Below the pieces are notes generated by a model, which was not told where the DNA came from, did no database searches, and saw only the letters and a list, made by a program, of their open reading frames with translations. 64,000 nt of DNA from an uncultured virus (IMG/VR IMGVR_UViG_3300028241_002116) (Duplodnaviria; Heunggongvirae; Uroviricota; Caudoviricetes), in IMG/VR virus record IMGVR_UViG_3300028241_002116; one strand, 5' to 3'. Positions 49,890-60,398 of this stretch are shown here, in pieces. The translations under genes and the position numbers were made by a program. Every line of letters begins with the position of its first letter. The first letter of the stretch is position 1.

Positions 49890-49945
49890 TATGTCAACTT
49901 TTTTTAAGTCTTGACAGAAATTATATTTATTGTCAATATAAGCTA
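49890..49945. promoter_or_regulatory. divergent promoter region for the glyco-operon and baseplate operon
   Basis: TGTCAA (minus-strand -35) at 49892 and TTGACA at 49911. Confidence 0.5.
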
Positions 49946-49988
49946 TAAGCCGCTAAAAGGCAGATTCGATAGAGGAGACAAATAATTC

Positions 49989-51773
49989 GTGAATCTGCCT
50001 GTACTAATTCAGCAATTAACAGGAACTTTTACTCTTACAGGCTTGTATTCTTTTGAATTTGTTGATAAAAAAAGAAATACAATCACTGAAATATTTTTCA
50101 TGATCCCTCCGAAAAAAAAAGACGTAACTGAGATTACAAGATCTACAACTAATCCGACACTTTCAAGCAATTATAATACTGATGCAGGAAACGGAACTAA
50201 AACTATAAATCTCCAGGGAGAGCTATATTTTCCTTATGTTGGAGATCCAAAAAATCCGGTAGCCAGAGACTCTTCGCAAGCTGAAAATCCGATAGACGGA
50301 ATGACAGAGTTTTTCAAATTGCGTTGGATGCTGATCCGGTATAGAGATTACACCATGACTAAAAATGGCAAAGTTGATATTCCGGTATCAATTTTGAATT
50401 CCAGTCCTGAAATTACAGCACTCTATAAAAAAGTTTCCAAACTTGTTAAGAATAAAATGGGTGCTTTATATGATGAGATTCAGCTAATATTCCATGATTA
50501 TGACATGGATGATCATTATTATTGCAGGGTTGACACTTTTACATCTTCTCAATCTGATTCAAAATATATCGCTGTTGAATACACTATAAATCTTGAATGT
50601 TATGAGAAAGATAATCGTCAAACTGCTCAGACAGTGGAGATTAAAAAAAGCCTTAATGAGTCAGTCGATGTCGGAAATACTCAGTTACAGGGAACAAATT
50701 TTGCATCTGATTTCTCTACTATCCAGGTTCAAATAAGTTATAACACTGACTTTTATAGATATACTCTTGAAGTTCAAACTCTGCTTGATGAAATCAATAC
50801 TGAAAACACAAATATTCAATCCGGTGTTTCAACTCCGCAGGATAATTTACCGAGATTGCTTACAACACTAATAAATGCAATCGATATGGTTAAAAAATCT
50901 GCGTTATCAATATTTTTTACATCTGAACAATTAGCATTATATGAAACCAACGATTTAACAATTGATGAAGTTTTGGATATTGAGTTAATTTCTTTTTATA
51001 ACAGTCTGCTTAAAATCAGGATTTATGCTGAAGGATTGCTTGGTATAATTACATCAACTGTTAAAAAAGATGAAATAAGATATTACGCTAATGCAGATGA
51101 TTACACTCTGACAACCGAACAATTTGATGAAGACGGTTCAAATAAGGTTTTAAATGAGTCTACCTTCCAATATTACACTGTTCAAGAGGGAGATACAGCA
51201 AGAATTATAGCACTCAGAGAATTAAAAGATCCAGAGAAATATATCTCAATTCTTAAAATAAACTCAATCACTGAATCCGATTTCATAGACGGAAATCTAA
51301 TAGGTCAGAAAATTGTAATCCCTGTGGATGTTTCTTCATTATCTCGCTCTGAAGATAACCTTGTTTATGAAGCTAATGATTCAGATATAAACTCTTATCT
51401 GCATGGTGGAGATATTGCTTTAGATGTAAATGGAAATATTCAGGTATCTGCAACCGGAGACATATTAAGTCAAACAGGTATTCAGGTAACTTATGATTCA
51501 CTCATAAACAGGTTAAGCGGAACAAAGGGTACACTGAATGTATTTACTCCGAACTGGGGCTTAATTCCTATCGGTGATGGAAACGCCCCACTAATGGTCA
51601 GGATTGACAGATATTTAACTGATTTAGTAACTCAGATTCAATCAGATCCGAGAGTTGAAAGCGTCAGGCTTGAGACTAAAAGCATAAAATTATATGGTGA
51701 AGCTTTAACGGTAAAAGGAACAATAAATTTTATCGGAAGTGATGAGACAAGAGAGGTAGCGGTAAATGGCTGA
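49989..51773 (+). CDS. baseplate protein with LysM and C-terminal gp25-like sheath-initiator domain
   Basis: YYTVQEGDT..IA..IN LysM; QSDPRVESV. Confidence 0.7.
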   Translation: MNLPVLIQQLTGTFTLTGLYSFEFVDKKRNTITEIFFMIPPKKKDVTEITRSTTNPTLSSNYNTDAGNGTKTINLQGELYFPYVGDPKNPVARDSSQAENPIDGMTEFFKLRWMLIRYRDYTMTKNGKVDIPVSILNSSPEITALYKKVSKLVKNKMGALYDEIQLIFHDYDMDDHYYCRVDTFTSSQSDSKYIAVEYTINLECYEKDNRQTAQTVEIKKSLNESVDVGNTQLQGTNFASDFSTIQVQISYNTDFYRYTLEVQTLLDEINTENTNIQSGVSTPQDNLPRLLTTLINAIDMVKKSALSIFFTSEQLALYETNDLTIDEVLDIELISFYNSLLKIRIYAEGLLGIITSTVKKDEIRYYANADDYTLTTEQFDEDGSNKVLNESTFQYYTVQEGDTARIIALRELKDPEKYISILKINSITESDFIDGNLIGQKIVIPVDVSSLSRSEDNLVYEANDSDINSYLHGGDIALDVNGNIQVSATGDILSQTGIQVTYDSLINRLSGTKGTLNVFTPNWGLIPIGDGNAPLMVRIDRYLTDLVTQIQSDPRVESVRLETKSIKLYGEALTVKGTINFIGSDETREVAVNG

Positions 51774-53175
51774 TATAATTAAAGTATATACAGCGGATCA
51801 ATTATATAATATGGCTCGTGATCTCATACTTTCTAAAAGTGTGGGGATTACTGATTTTAATGACGGTGGAAAAACAAAAGCACTTATTCAGATGATCTCT
51901 GATATTGTTTCAACTGTATCAATGGATTTCAAGGAAGGTTTATATAAATCAATACCAATTGCACTTTATGAAGGTTTCGGTTTTTCTAAAAAAGCCGCTA
52001 CTTCTGCAACAGGATTTATCAGACCTTACAGAAAACCTGCAATGGTTATTTCTTATTCCGGCTCTGCAACATCTGTGTTGCTTACTATAACATCAGGAAC
52101 TATCGCAGCGGTATGCACTGGCGCACCTTCTGACGCTTTTACTTATGCGTTTAGTTCGTATCCGAAAACAAGTGATATAGCATCAGAAATTGACGGATTG
52201 ACAAATTGGTCTTGTAGTATAATAAAAGATGTAAATTGCGATACTCTTTATCAATATTCCGGTGAAGAGATTTTAGGCAAAACAAATTACCTTAATGCTT
52301 CAGGCATGGATATTATGCTTGCGTCAGATATTGCAATCCCTGTGTCTGAGGGTTATTCAGTTTCTATTGATTCCATGCAGATAATAACTACAGCGGCAAG
52401 CACAATCCCTGCCGGAGTTAGTGGTGTAGCGATTGCATCACAAAACACAACAACCGGATTATCCGGCAATATTGCCGTTAATGCTATAGATACTGAAAAC
52501 GGTAAGGGTTATATAAATTCTGTGGTAAGTGGAATTGAACATGTTATAAACGATTCTGCTTTTTCCGGTGGAGCTTCTGCCGAAACAGATGAGGAAAGAG
52601 CTATAAGATTTTCAAACACGGTTAACGCTCTTAACGCTGGAACAAAAAACGGAATACTTGTAGCAATTGAAGCAATTGACGGAGTTAAATCCGCTGGAAT
52701 GAGAACATCATATCCCTTCCGTGGATCAAATACAATAATTGTAGATGACGGCTCTGGAAGTATTGGTTCAACACTACTTGCGGAAATCGAAAAAGTAATA
52801 TATGGTGATCCAAATGATTTAATTAATTATCCAGGGAAAGGAACTGAAGGGATTGGTTATATAATTGTAGCTCCTGATATTGTTGATGTAAGTGTAGGGA
52901 TATCTGCGACAAGGCTTCCAAATGTTAATGTTGATCTACTTGAGATTAAAAACGATATTCAAACCGCTGTCGAACAATATATAAATACTCTGCAATTAGG
53001 AGAAGATGTTCTTCTTTCAGAGATTGTCAGGGTTGGAAAAAATTCAAATGCTGCGGTATATGACTTAATAGTTACAAGTCCCTCAAGTAATATTGCGATT
53101 ACAGATTCCCAATTTGCAAGAACCGGTTCAGGTACTGGTGGAACGGTAACCATAATTGTCACGGTGGCGACATAA
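51766..53175 (+). CDS. baseplate J-like wedge protein
   Basis: TDFNDGG, FSGGASAETDEE..RF, VDDGSG, YINTLQLGED. Confidence 0.88.
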   Translation: MADIIKVYTADQLYNMARDLILSKSVGITDFNDGGKTKALIQMISDIVSTVSMDFKEGLYKSIPIALYEGFGFSKKAATSATGFIRPYRKPAMVISYSGSATSVLLTITSGTIAAVCTGAPSDAFTYAFSSYPKTSDIASEIDGLTNWSCSIIKDVNCDTLYQYSGEEILGKTNYLNASGMDIMLASDIAIPVSEGYSVSIDSMQIITTAASTIPAGVSGVAIASQNTTTGLSGNIAVNAIDTENGKGYINSVVSGIEHVINDSAFSGGASAETDEERAIRFSNTVNALNAGTKNGILVAIEAIDGVKSAGMRTSYPFRGSNTIIVDDGSGSIGSTLLAEIEKVIYGDPNDLINYPGKGTEGIGYIIVAPDIVDVSVGISATRLPNVNVDLLEIKNDIQTAVEQYINTLQLGEDVLLSEIVRVGKNSNAAVYDLIVTSPSSNIAITDSQFARTGSGTGGTVTIIVTVAT

Positions 53176-53176
53176 T

Positions 53177-53821
53177 ATGTCTGAAAAAATTACGATAAGA
53201 GTAAATGACAGTCTGTCTAAAATATTTAAGACAGATGATCCTATATATAAAGCGGTGATTTGTGATAAAGATGGTGTTCCTGAAACATCTATAGTTAAGC
53301 CGACTGATTTTAATTTAGGCGCAATCACTAACAATATTGAATATCTCAGAAGATTGGGAATTGATTTACTTAAACAGATTTTCATTGATCAGGCTTCAGG
53401 AGAGTTTTTAAAATATACTCTTCAGACATTTTTTGCGAGTTTAAGACTTGAAAGTGAAACTGAAGCGGATTGGATTCAAAGAACAATATCTCTTATTTTT
53501 CAACCACGAATTTCAAGAGCTTCTTTAATTTTTGCGCTCAGACCTTATTCAAGCCAAGAGCCTCAAATTATTGCTGGCGGTGGAGATTCAATGTTTGCAG
53601 ATGTGAGTTTTGCAGATATTGGAACTAAATATACTACAACGTATGAGGGATCGCCTTTTTATGTTTTTCCGGCATTAGCTCAAAGTGACGAAAGTTCTTA
53701 CTATTCAATTGTCGTAATATTATATGATACACCTTCTAATCAGATTTATACTGTTTCAGATATTATCAATCAATATATAGCCGCAGGAATTTATTTTACG
53801 ATAGAAATACGATATACATGA
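53177..53821 (+). CDS. baseplate wedge protein (gpI-like)
   Basis: ASGEFL, ETEADW..R, AAGI; follows the J-like gene. Confidence 0.65.
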   Translation: MSEKITIRVNDSLSKIFKTDDPIYKAVICDKDGVPETSIVKPTDFNLGAITNNIEYLRRLGIDLLKQIFIDQASGEFLKYTLQTFFASLRLESETEADWIQRTISLIFQPRISRASLIFALRPYSSQEPQIIAGGGDSMFADVSFADIGTKYTTTYEGSPFYVFPALAQSDESSYYSIVVILYDTPSNQIYTVSDIINQYIAAGIYFTIEIRYT

Positions 53822-53832
53822 GGTAAAAAATA

Positions 53833-55584
53833 ATGTCAAGAGACATGAGAATCGTAAATATGTCACCAGGTCAATTAGCAGAATATGACAAGGTATTCAA
53901 AAGACAAGGTGAGATAGCATATAGAGACATAGGTGTTTTATCAAAGATTGCACTGTTTAACTCCGGTAAAGCTCTTATAACTGAAGGGCTAAGAGTTGTG
54001 TCCGGTGGAGGCATGGTTGTAACGATCCCTACGGGATCAATTTTGCAGAGAATTACATCAGGAGACATTCTGCCTTGTATTTCAACTGCTAACCAATCAA
54101 TAACCTTAGACGCTGCGTCCGGTTCACCACGAACTGATATAATTGAATGTCAGGTGAAATCAGTTACAGATAAAGATGATACAACAAAAGCAGTATTAGA
54201 TCCGACAACTGGCGTAATTTCTCTTGAAAATATAAAAAGAGATTTAAAATATTATTTAGCAACACAGAAAAAAACAGGGAGTACGGATGCAACAGCAGCA
54301 ACAGCCGGAGTTCTATCGGGTACGGTGGGGATTGCCGGAACTATAGACTTATCAGCTAATTATCTGCTTAATATTGCAGACGGAGAAGATGGATCTTTTC
54401 AGGAAATAGACCTTAGAGGCTCAACACCTGAAGCGACAACAAGATCAGAAATTATAAATGCAATAAACACAGCAATCGGAAGAACTATAGCATCAACCGG
54501 AGCAGGAGACACAATAACTCTAACTGGATATGGCACAGGAGAAACTTCATATTTTGAAATTAAGCCTCCGGTATCAAACTCAGACGCAGATGCTTTACAA
54601 ACTGTTTTCGGGGTTTCTGGAGCAGGAGTTTATAATTATATATATAAAGGCGTAAATGATTGGATCAAGCTCTGTGAAATAGATATTGGTGCATCAACCA
54701 CTGTTATCACAGGTTCGATGATAAGAAATATCGATCAAAAAGCAACATGGGCGAGTGACAGTGATCAGATTAAAACAAGAAGTCTTTTATATAGTACCGA
54801 AACAGAGTTATTGCCAGGAGAAGATTTAAGATTTTTAGCTACTTATAAGGCTATATCTCCAACATTCCCCTGGTTCTGCATGTCATTACCGGATCAGACA
54901 TTATCTGTGACAAATTATCCTCAATCATTTATTGATGTATTGAGAGCGAAGAAAGTCACCTATGATGAACTGAATACAAATGTTTCTTCCTTCTCCGGTA
55001 CATGGAGCGGTTCAGAATTTACACTTGATGATACGGTAGCTAATAATGCAATGTTGGCAGAATTAGCAGAGGAGTGGCTTTTTGCTGGCTCACCAACTAC
55101 AGGATGGCGAATACTTGTTTCAGGCGGTTCAGAATATAACATTACAAACATAGTCACAAGCACACGCAAAATAACCGTATCGGGTTCACCATCCGGCACA
55201 AGTATAGAAATTTATCTCAATAGAATTTTAGGGAGTACAACATCTGCAAAACATTTTTCATGGGCTGGATTAGGTTTATATATGACAGGACAGAATAAGA
55301 TAACAGGGCTAAGAAGAAGAGATAAATTTCAGGGTTGGCAATTGGGAGCAACGCATACCGCAACAACTTATTATTCGCGGATTGAAGCAGTTGACGTAAC
55401 TCAGCCGTCCAACGTATCGGCTACATATGCAGACATACGGAATGGTTCAGGACTACAAGGAGATGCCGCAATGTACACTGCTAAATCCGACGGCACAAAC
55501 GGCGACCCCCGTACCGGCCCAAAAACAGAAATGGAATCAGGAACACTATTAGTATATATGTACACAGGAGGATATACAGCATGA
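53833..55584 (+). CDS. tail fibre protein
   Basis: PRTDII N-terminal anchor; collar-like RRDKFQG..DGTNGDPRTG. Confidence 0.75.
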   Translation: MSRDMRIVNMSPGQLAEYDKVFKRQGEIAYRDIGVLSKIALFNSGKALITEGLRVVSGGGMVVTIPTGSILQRITSGDILPCISTANQSITLDAASGSPRTDIIECQVKSVTDKDDTTKAVLDPTTGVISLENIKRDLKYYLATQKKTGSTDATAATAGVLSGTVGIAGTIDLSANYLLNIADGEDGSFQEIDLRGSTPEATTRSEIINAINTAIGRTIASTGAGDTITLTGYGTGETSYFEIKPPVSNSDADALQTVFGVSGAGVYNYIYKGVNDWIKLCEIDIGASTTVITGSMIRNIDQKATWASDSDQIKTRSLLYSTETELLPGEDLRFLATYKAISPTFPWFCMSLPDQTLSVTNYPQSFIDVLRAKKVTYDELNTNVSSFSGTWSGSEFTLDDTVANNAMLAELAEEWLFAGSPTTGWRILVSGGSEYNITNIVTSTRKITVSGSPSGTSIEIYLNRILGSTTSAKHFSWAGLGLYMTGQNKITGLRRRDKFQGWQLGATHTATTYYSRIEAVDVTQPSNVSATYADIRNGSGLQGDAAMYTAKSDGTNGDPRTGPKTEMESGTLLVYMYTGGYTA

Positions 55585-55943
55585 CAATATATTTGAAGAA
55601 GCCGGATGGAACAATAGAGCAATATAAAGACGAGCTGATGCAAGCTCTGAGACTTGATACAGAGACACAAGGGGAATCTTTCGGCACTATCTATACCGCT
55701 GATTCATTGCCTGATGAAGATAAACTTGCGTTAGGTTTAATTACTCAGAAAGATATTGATGATAAAATAAAACAAAACAGAATAGCAGAAATTAAATCTG
55801 AATTGTCATATATTGATTATCAGACTATCCGGCCTTTACGGGCAAAAATGGCAGGAACAGCTACGACTATTGACGAGAATAAACTTTCTGAATTAGAGGC
55901 TGAAGCTGTTAAATTGAGAACCGAATTGAAGAATTTGGAATAA
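55581..55943 (+). CDS. putative tail fibre chaperone
   Basis: IKSELSYID..IRPLRA..LRTEL coiled coil after the fibre gene. Confidence 0.6.
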   Translation: MTIYLKKPDGTIEQYKDELMQALRLDTETQGESFGTIYTADSLPDEDKLALGLITQKDIDDKIKQNRIAEIKSELSYIDYQTIRPLRAKMAGTATTIDENKLSELEAEAVKLRTELKNLE

Positions 55944-55994
55944 CACGCAGGATACGCCTCTCGCAGAAGCGAAACATTGCTCTGTTTTATAAAC

Positions 55995-56024
55995 AAAGCC
56001 CCTCAATATTTAGAGGGGCTTTTT
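55995..56024 (+). terminator. rho-independent terminator, probably bidirectional
   Basis: AAAGCCCCTC-loop-GAGGGGCTTTTT between convergent genes. Confidence 0.85.
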
Positions 56025-56072
56025 AATATCAAAGGGAAAGTTCCATCTCCCAGCATAAAACATCACTTCCTT

Positions 56073-57470
56073 TCACCACATTTCTCCTGTTGTCAGATTT
56101 AACGGAGCATTATTATTTATTCGGTGGAAATAAGTATTACCGTTACTCCATACAACAAATATTCCTCTGCCGTAATTGGTAGAATTATAGGTAAAAGAAT
56201 CAATCAGGCGATAATTTACAATCCACGCTTCAACGAAACCGGATCTTGTAAATTCTGAAACAGTCATTCCGTCAGGATCTTTTATAATAATTCTCTGATC
56301 ATTTACTGTTACCCCCTCAACACCGGAATAATTATCAAGAACTGTATAGTATCTATAACCTGCACTGTCTGTAATATCTATTAAATCATCAAAATCTTTT
56401 ACAGGTTTATCAGGAAGAGAACCTATTGTTGTCAGAACTCCTCCTGTTTGTGAATATAGATATGTCGTATCTTCAGGAACGGTTACAGAAAAATACAAAG
56501 TATTTCCAATTGAGAAAAATTCATTTATTGTGGCATTATAAGTATTCGTAGCACCGAGATATTTCTCTGTATATTGAATATTTACAGATTTATATTCTCC
56601 CGAAACAAAACCCATAAGCCCCGAAGCTGTTTTAATGTAAAAATCGGCATTAACCACAGGTTGAACGGTTATTACCTTCACTGTATCATCATCTATGTTG
56701 AGATAATTCAACACTTCAGTTTTTATACTCGCAATATTCGGGCAATTGCCATATAGAGCAACCATATTAGTCTGCACAGCGGAAACATCAACGAGAGAAA
56801 AACTGTCATATAACGAAGATAAATCAATTACTCCATCTGCCATATCAGCGGTCAAAGCGGTTAGTATGTCGCTTACTTGACTTACTGTTCTGTTTTTACA
56901 TATCGCAGACGATAGAAATAGCAATCGGGCATTCGTACTAATATTGGTATTTAACGGATTTTCAGGTGTCCAGTTCAGATTATTATATAACTCTGTTGCA
57001 GCTTGAGTATTTGCTTCTGAGAAACTTTTCCCTGAATTCATAAGTGCAATTACTCTTTGCTTTATGATATGAGTGACAATATTTATATTGCCTCCCTCTT
57101 CAGAACTATCCACAAGACCTGATAATATAATCCTTGTATTCTCTACAGTTCCGGTATTTTCATTTATAAAAAAACCGTCTGCTCTTACATCAAGAATTCC
57201 CTGTAATTCTGTCGAAGATAGAGTATAACCTCCAAGATCGTTCAAAGTCTCAGTTGTATAAACCTTGCCTGAATATCCACCTGAAACAGACCATTCAGAA
57301 GCAGTTATCGTTGCTCCTTTCTGCAAAGCCCCTTTTTCAACTTTGCCTGAAAAGGTTTTTATTCCTGGTGAATTCGGAACAGATACCGGATCGTCTCCTC
57401 CACCTCCAGATTCACATGCAAATAGTATCATTGAAAAGAGAATAACGATAGCTATGTAAAAACGTTTCAT
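56073..57470 (-). CDS. surface lipoprotein (moron-like)
   Basis: Signal peptide ending LFA-C, GGGG linker, SGKVEKG motif; own promoter (TTGACT at 57529). Confidence 0.75.
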   Translation of the reverse strand: MKRFYIAIVILFSMILFACESGGGGDDPVSVPNSPGIKTFSGKVEKGALQKGATITASEWSVSGGYSGKVYTTETLNDLGGYTLSSTELQGILDVRADGFFINENTGTVENTRIILSGLVDSSEEGGNINIVTHIIKQRVIALMNSGKSFSEANTQAATELYNNLNWTPENPLNTNISTNARLLFLSSAICKNRTVSQVSDILTALTADMADGVIDLSSLYDSFSLVDVSAVQTNMVALYGNCPNIASIKTEVLNYLNIDDDTVKVITVQPVVNADFYIKTASGLMGFVSGEYKSVNIQYTEKYLGATNTYNATINEFFSIGNTLYFSVTVPEDTTYLYSQTGGVLTTIGSLPDKPVKDFDDLIDITDSAGYRYYTVLDNYSGVEGVTVNDQRIIIKDPDGMTVSEFTRSGFVEAWIVNYRLIDSFTYNSTNYGRGIFVVWSNGNTYFHRINNNAPLNLTTGEMW

Positions 57471-57557
57471 AATATTCCTCCTTTGTTATTATTTTTTATA
57501 ACAATAATACCGCACTATATAAAAGTCAAGCGTTTTAGTGAATATTTTTTACTTTTT

Positions 57558-57803
57558 TTATTCCAGAGCTTTTACACATTTATTCCTTATTACTGAAATT
57601 GTGTGTAAAATAGCATCTTCGGGGCTTTCGTCTTTTTCGTCAAATTCATTAGCTTCGAGATAACCACAGGGAAAAGACTCTGCCAGTTCCTTAATTTCTT
57701 TAATCGTATTCAGTAATTCATCAATGTATATTTCGATGTCATCAGCGTTTTGTTGCATCAAATTATCTATGACATGTTCTGCTCTTTCTTTTGCTGTTGG
57801 CAT
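57558..57803 (-). CDS. hypothetical protein
   Basis: ORF with RBS. Confidence 0.5.
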   Translation of the reverse strand: MPTAKERAEHVIDNLMQQNADDIEIYIDELLNTIKEIKELAESFPCGYLEANEFDEKDESPEDAILHTISVIRNKCVKALE

Positions 57804-57824
57804 TTAGATTTATTTTTCTCCTTT

Positions 57825-58076
57825 TTATTTTATCTCAGCCTTTTCAATCCAGTATTTTAAAAGCTTTTCAGCTTCTATTTTCCCTGAGTCATTATCTTTA
57901 ACTCTGAAAAATTCTTTTAATCCGGGGAGCATACATCTTAAAACATAATCACCTTGTTCACTTCTTGTCGATCCCCATTCAATTCTAAAAACTAACCATT
58001 TACCGATATAGCCGATAAAAGAAGATGGCCCGATTTCAGGATTATATTCTTTCCATGTTATCATTGTATTATCCAA
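57825..58076 (-). CDS. hypothetical protein
   Basis: ORF in the minus-strand run. Confidence 0.5.
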   Translation of the reverse strand: MDNTMITWKEYNPEIGPSSFIGYIGKWLVFRIEWGSTRSEQGDYVLRCMLPGLKEFFRVKDNDSGKIEAEKLLKYWIEKAEIK

Positions 58077-58279
58077 CTCACTTTATTATTATTATGAAAA
58101 TTAAGAAGTCTTTTCTTATATCTATTATCAGATTCAATTGGAATAAAAAACAATATTCTTTTTCTTTTTAAACCATAAAGATTTCCAATATTATCTAACA
58201 TTTTTCCTTTAGCTGGTTTAAATTGTTTAAAAGTTTTAACGAGTTCAGACAGATTATCATTATTCATAGCTTTATCCAT
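58061..58279 (-). CDS. hypothetical protein
   Basis: LDNIGNLYGLKR..ESDNRYKKRL resembles a baseplate wedge fragment. Confidence 0.45.
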   Translation of the reverse strand: MDKAMNNDNLSELVKTFKQFKPAKGKMLDNIGNLYGLKRKRILFFIPIESDNRYKKRLLNFHNNNKVSWIIQ

Positions 58280-58457
58280 TTATTAAAACTTCAATAGCTT
58301 CTTCTTCATTTTCAGTAACAATTAAATATTGATAATTATGTTTATGATAACCTCTTTGAATAACGTAATACGAGTTACTACTTTTGGAATAAAATAATTT
58401 TTTATTATCATAATTTACCGTAGCTTCATGTTTTTTAATAAATTCCGTAATATTCAT
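58272..58457 (-). CDS. hypothetical protein
   Basis: AGGAG RBS. Confidence 0.5.
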   Translation of the reverse strand: MNITEFIKKHEATVNYDNKKLFYSKSSNSYYVIQRGYHKHNYQYLIVTENEEEAIEVLING

Positions 58458-58631
58458 AAACTCTTCTCCTTTTATTTAACATCACTTAACAGCACTTTTG
58501 TGATTGAGTGTTTTTTCAAAAGGTCTATACAAGCCCCTCAGACTGCATATAATCAACTATACAAGGCTTCAAAAATCAATAATTCAGAGCGGTACGATCT
58601 AATTTTTGAAACCTTTTATAGTGAATCTACG

Positions 58632-59003
58632 CTATTGTTTTTCTTCCAGATGTTTTTTATATTCATTAGTTATCAATATTTCAGCAAAAATAAAAAATAC
58701 AAAAAATCCGGTTGTAACCTTGTAATTGAAACAGATCAAAAGACATAGCGTTATAAAATCTATTCCGTAAATATAAAACTCATACCATGACTTTGATTTA
58801 TATGTTTTTTTATCGTATGCCTTGAAAAGTTCGGCTTTTACTTCATCATTGAAAATTGAAAAACCAATAATCATTCCCAAAGATGATAACACTATCATTA
58901 TCAAGGCAACCGACCATGATTTATCAGGGAACAAATACGATATTAAAAATATTCCTAATAAGATAAAAACATCAAATAATACTGTTTTTATAAAATGCTT
59001 CAT
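58632..59003 (-). CDS. membrane protein (3-4 TM)
   Basis: Several hydrophobic segments; AGGAGG RBS. Confidence 0.65.
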   Translation of the reverse strand: MKHFIKTVLFDVFILLGIFLISYLFPDKSWSVALIMIVLSSLGMIIGFSIFNDEVKAELFKAYDKKTYKSKSWYEFYIYGIDFITLCLLICFNYKVTTGFFVFFIFAEILITNEYKKHLEEKQ

Positions 59004-59074
59004 TTATCCTCCTGCTTCAATTTTATCTCTCACAGCGGAAAGCCTTTTACGGCTTCCACTGTGGGAATAAGTTT

Positions 59075-59566
59075 TTACTTCTGCCAGGGCTGAGCTTTCT
59101 TAGCTCCCTGTGTCTGTGGTGCTGTTTGCTGTTGTGTCTGAACAAAACCGCTTGTAGCTGGTGCAGATGTTTGACCGCTTACCGGAATGTGTTTTTTGAT
59201 TCTGTTTTGTTTTCCGTATGTCGGATCTTCTTTGACTGATACATCAATAATCAGAGGTATGCCGTGAAGCTGTGCAGAGTCCTGAACGTGCTGAACACCG
59301 ACAGCGAGACAGATAGAATTCAATGCCCTTTGTGCAATTTGTGCAGCCTGAGCGTTTTCGTTCTGAAGGTTAAGATTTTCAAAAATCTTTCTCCCTTTGA
59401 ATTCTCCATCTATTATCTGGTATGTCAGCTTTAGAATCATACCTGTTCCCTGTTTGTTCGGTGTGTAATCTGAAGTTTCAATTATTGTTGTGTACTCTCC
59501 AGCCGGAACTATTTCAAAACTTTCTTCAGGCTGGTTGGGATCTGCTGTGTAACCGAGTTGTGCCAT
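59075..59566 (-). CDS. DUF669 single-stranded DNA-binding protein
   Basis: VPAGEY, GRKIFENLNL, C-terminal PW; adjacent to the Sak4-like gene. Confidence 0.8.
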   Translation of the reverse strand: MAQLGYTADPNQPEESFEIVPAGEYTTIIETSDYTPNKQGTGMILKLTYQIIDGEFKGRKIFENLNLQNENAQAAQIAQRALNSICLAVGVQHVQDSAQLHGIPLIIDVSVKEDPTYGKQNRIKKHIPVSGQTSAPATSGFVQTQQQTAPQTQGAKKAQPWQK

Positions 59567-59569
59567 TAT

Positions 59570-60385
59570 TTACTTGTCTCCTTTTTTAGTTTTAGTGGGT
59601 GTTGCTGGTGTTTCTTCATAAGGCCCTGTTAATATCCATTCCATGATCTCAGGACAGGCATTAAGATCAACCGTTACATCCGGCAATCCAAAACTGTTTC
59701 CAGAAATCATCGCTGCGGATTCACCGGACAGGTGAAGTATGCGGTTATTGGTTGTGACTGCTTTTCCTTTTGTGTTAAGGTTATTACCGGATTTTGAAAC
59801 GAAAATTTCCTTGTTATAGAAAGCGATTACGTCAGCCCATTCCTCAATAACTGCAAGGCTGGACTTGTCGATTTTCATAACCCATTTATCGTACTCATCT
59901 GAATCCGGTGGATTAACTTTTACAGTCTGTGCATGACTGATAAGAATTACATCAATACCACTTTCACGGAGAACATCGCAATTATACAGAAAATCTTTCC
60001 ATGCTCTGACTGCATGATATTTCAAACCTTTGCTGAAAGCTGTTTCCTTGTTGTGATCGTCAGTGATTGACTTCCATCCGTTTTTTTCACAGAGGTAATT
60101 CCAGATTAGCGGTTCAAGCCAGTCAATTGAATCTACAATTACTCTTTTGTATGAGTGATTTTCATTAAGCAGAAAATTGAAAACTTCCTGTAGGTGCGAA
60201 TAATGAGTAACAACCGGAGTTTTATCACAATTAATATGCGCAACCCTGTCTTCGGTCGGTATCATCAGTGCATTTTTTGTAGCCCCTGCAAGGGTAGACT
60301 TGCCGAGCTTAGGAGGGCCATAGAGAACAACTTTTCTTGCTTTTCTCTGCGCTCCTTTCTGAATATCTTTAATATTGAAACCCAT
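59570..60385 (-). CDS. Sak4-like AAA_24 recombination ATPase
   Basis: YGPPKLGKST, VDSIDWLE, LISH, EWADVI. Confidence 0.88.
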   Translation of the reverse strand: MGFNIKDIQKGAQRKARKVVLYGPPKLGKSTLAGATKNALMIPTEDRVAHINCDKTPVVTHYSHLQEVFNFLLNENHSYKRVIVDSIDWLEPLIWNYLCEKNGWKSITDDHNKETAFSKGLKYHAVRAWKDFLYNCDVLRESGIDVILISHAQTVKVNPPDSDEYDKWVMKIDKSSLAVIEEWADVIAFYNKEIFVSKSGNNLNTKGKAVTTNNRILHLSGESAAMISGNSFGLPDVTVDLNACPEIMEWILTGPYEETPATPTKTKKGDK

Positions 60386-60398
60386 TAAAACCTCCTTT

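Noticed and set aside
55320..55584. Diversity-generating retroelement target at the tail fibre tip
   Set aside because: No reverse transcriptase or template repeat seen in the window
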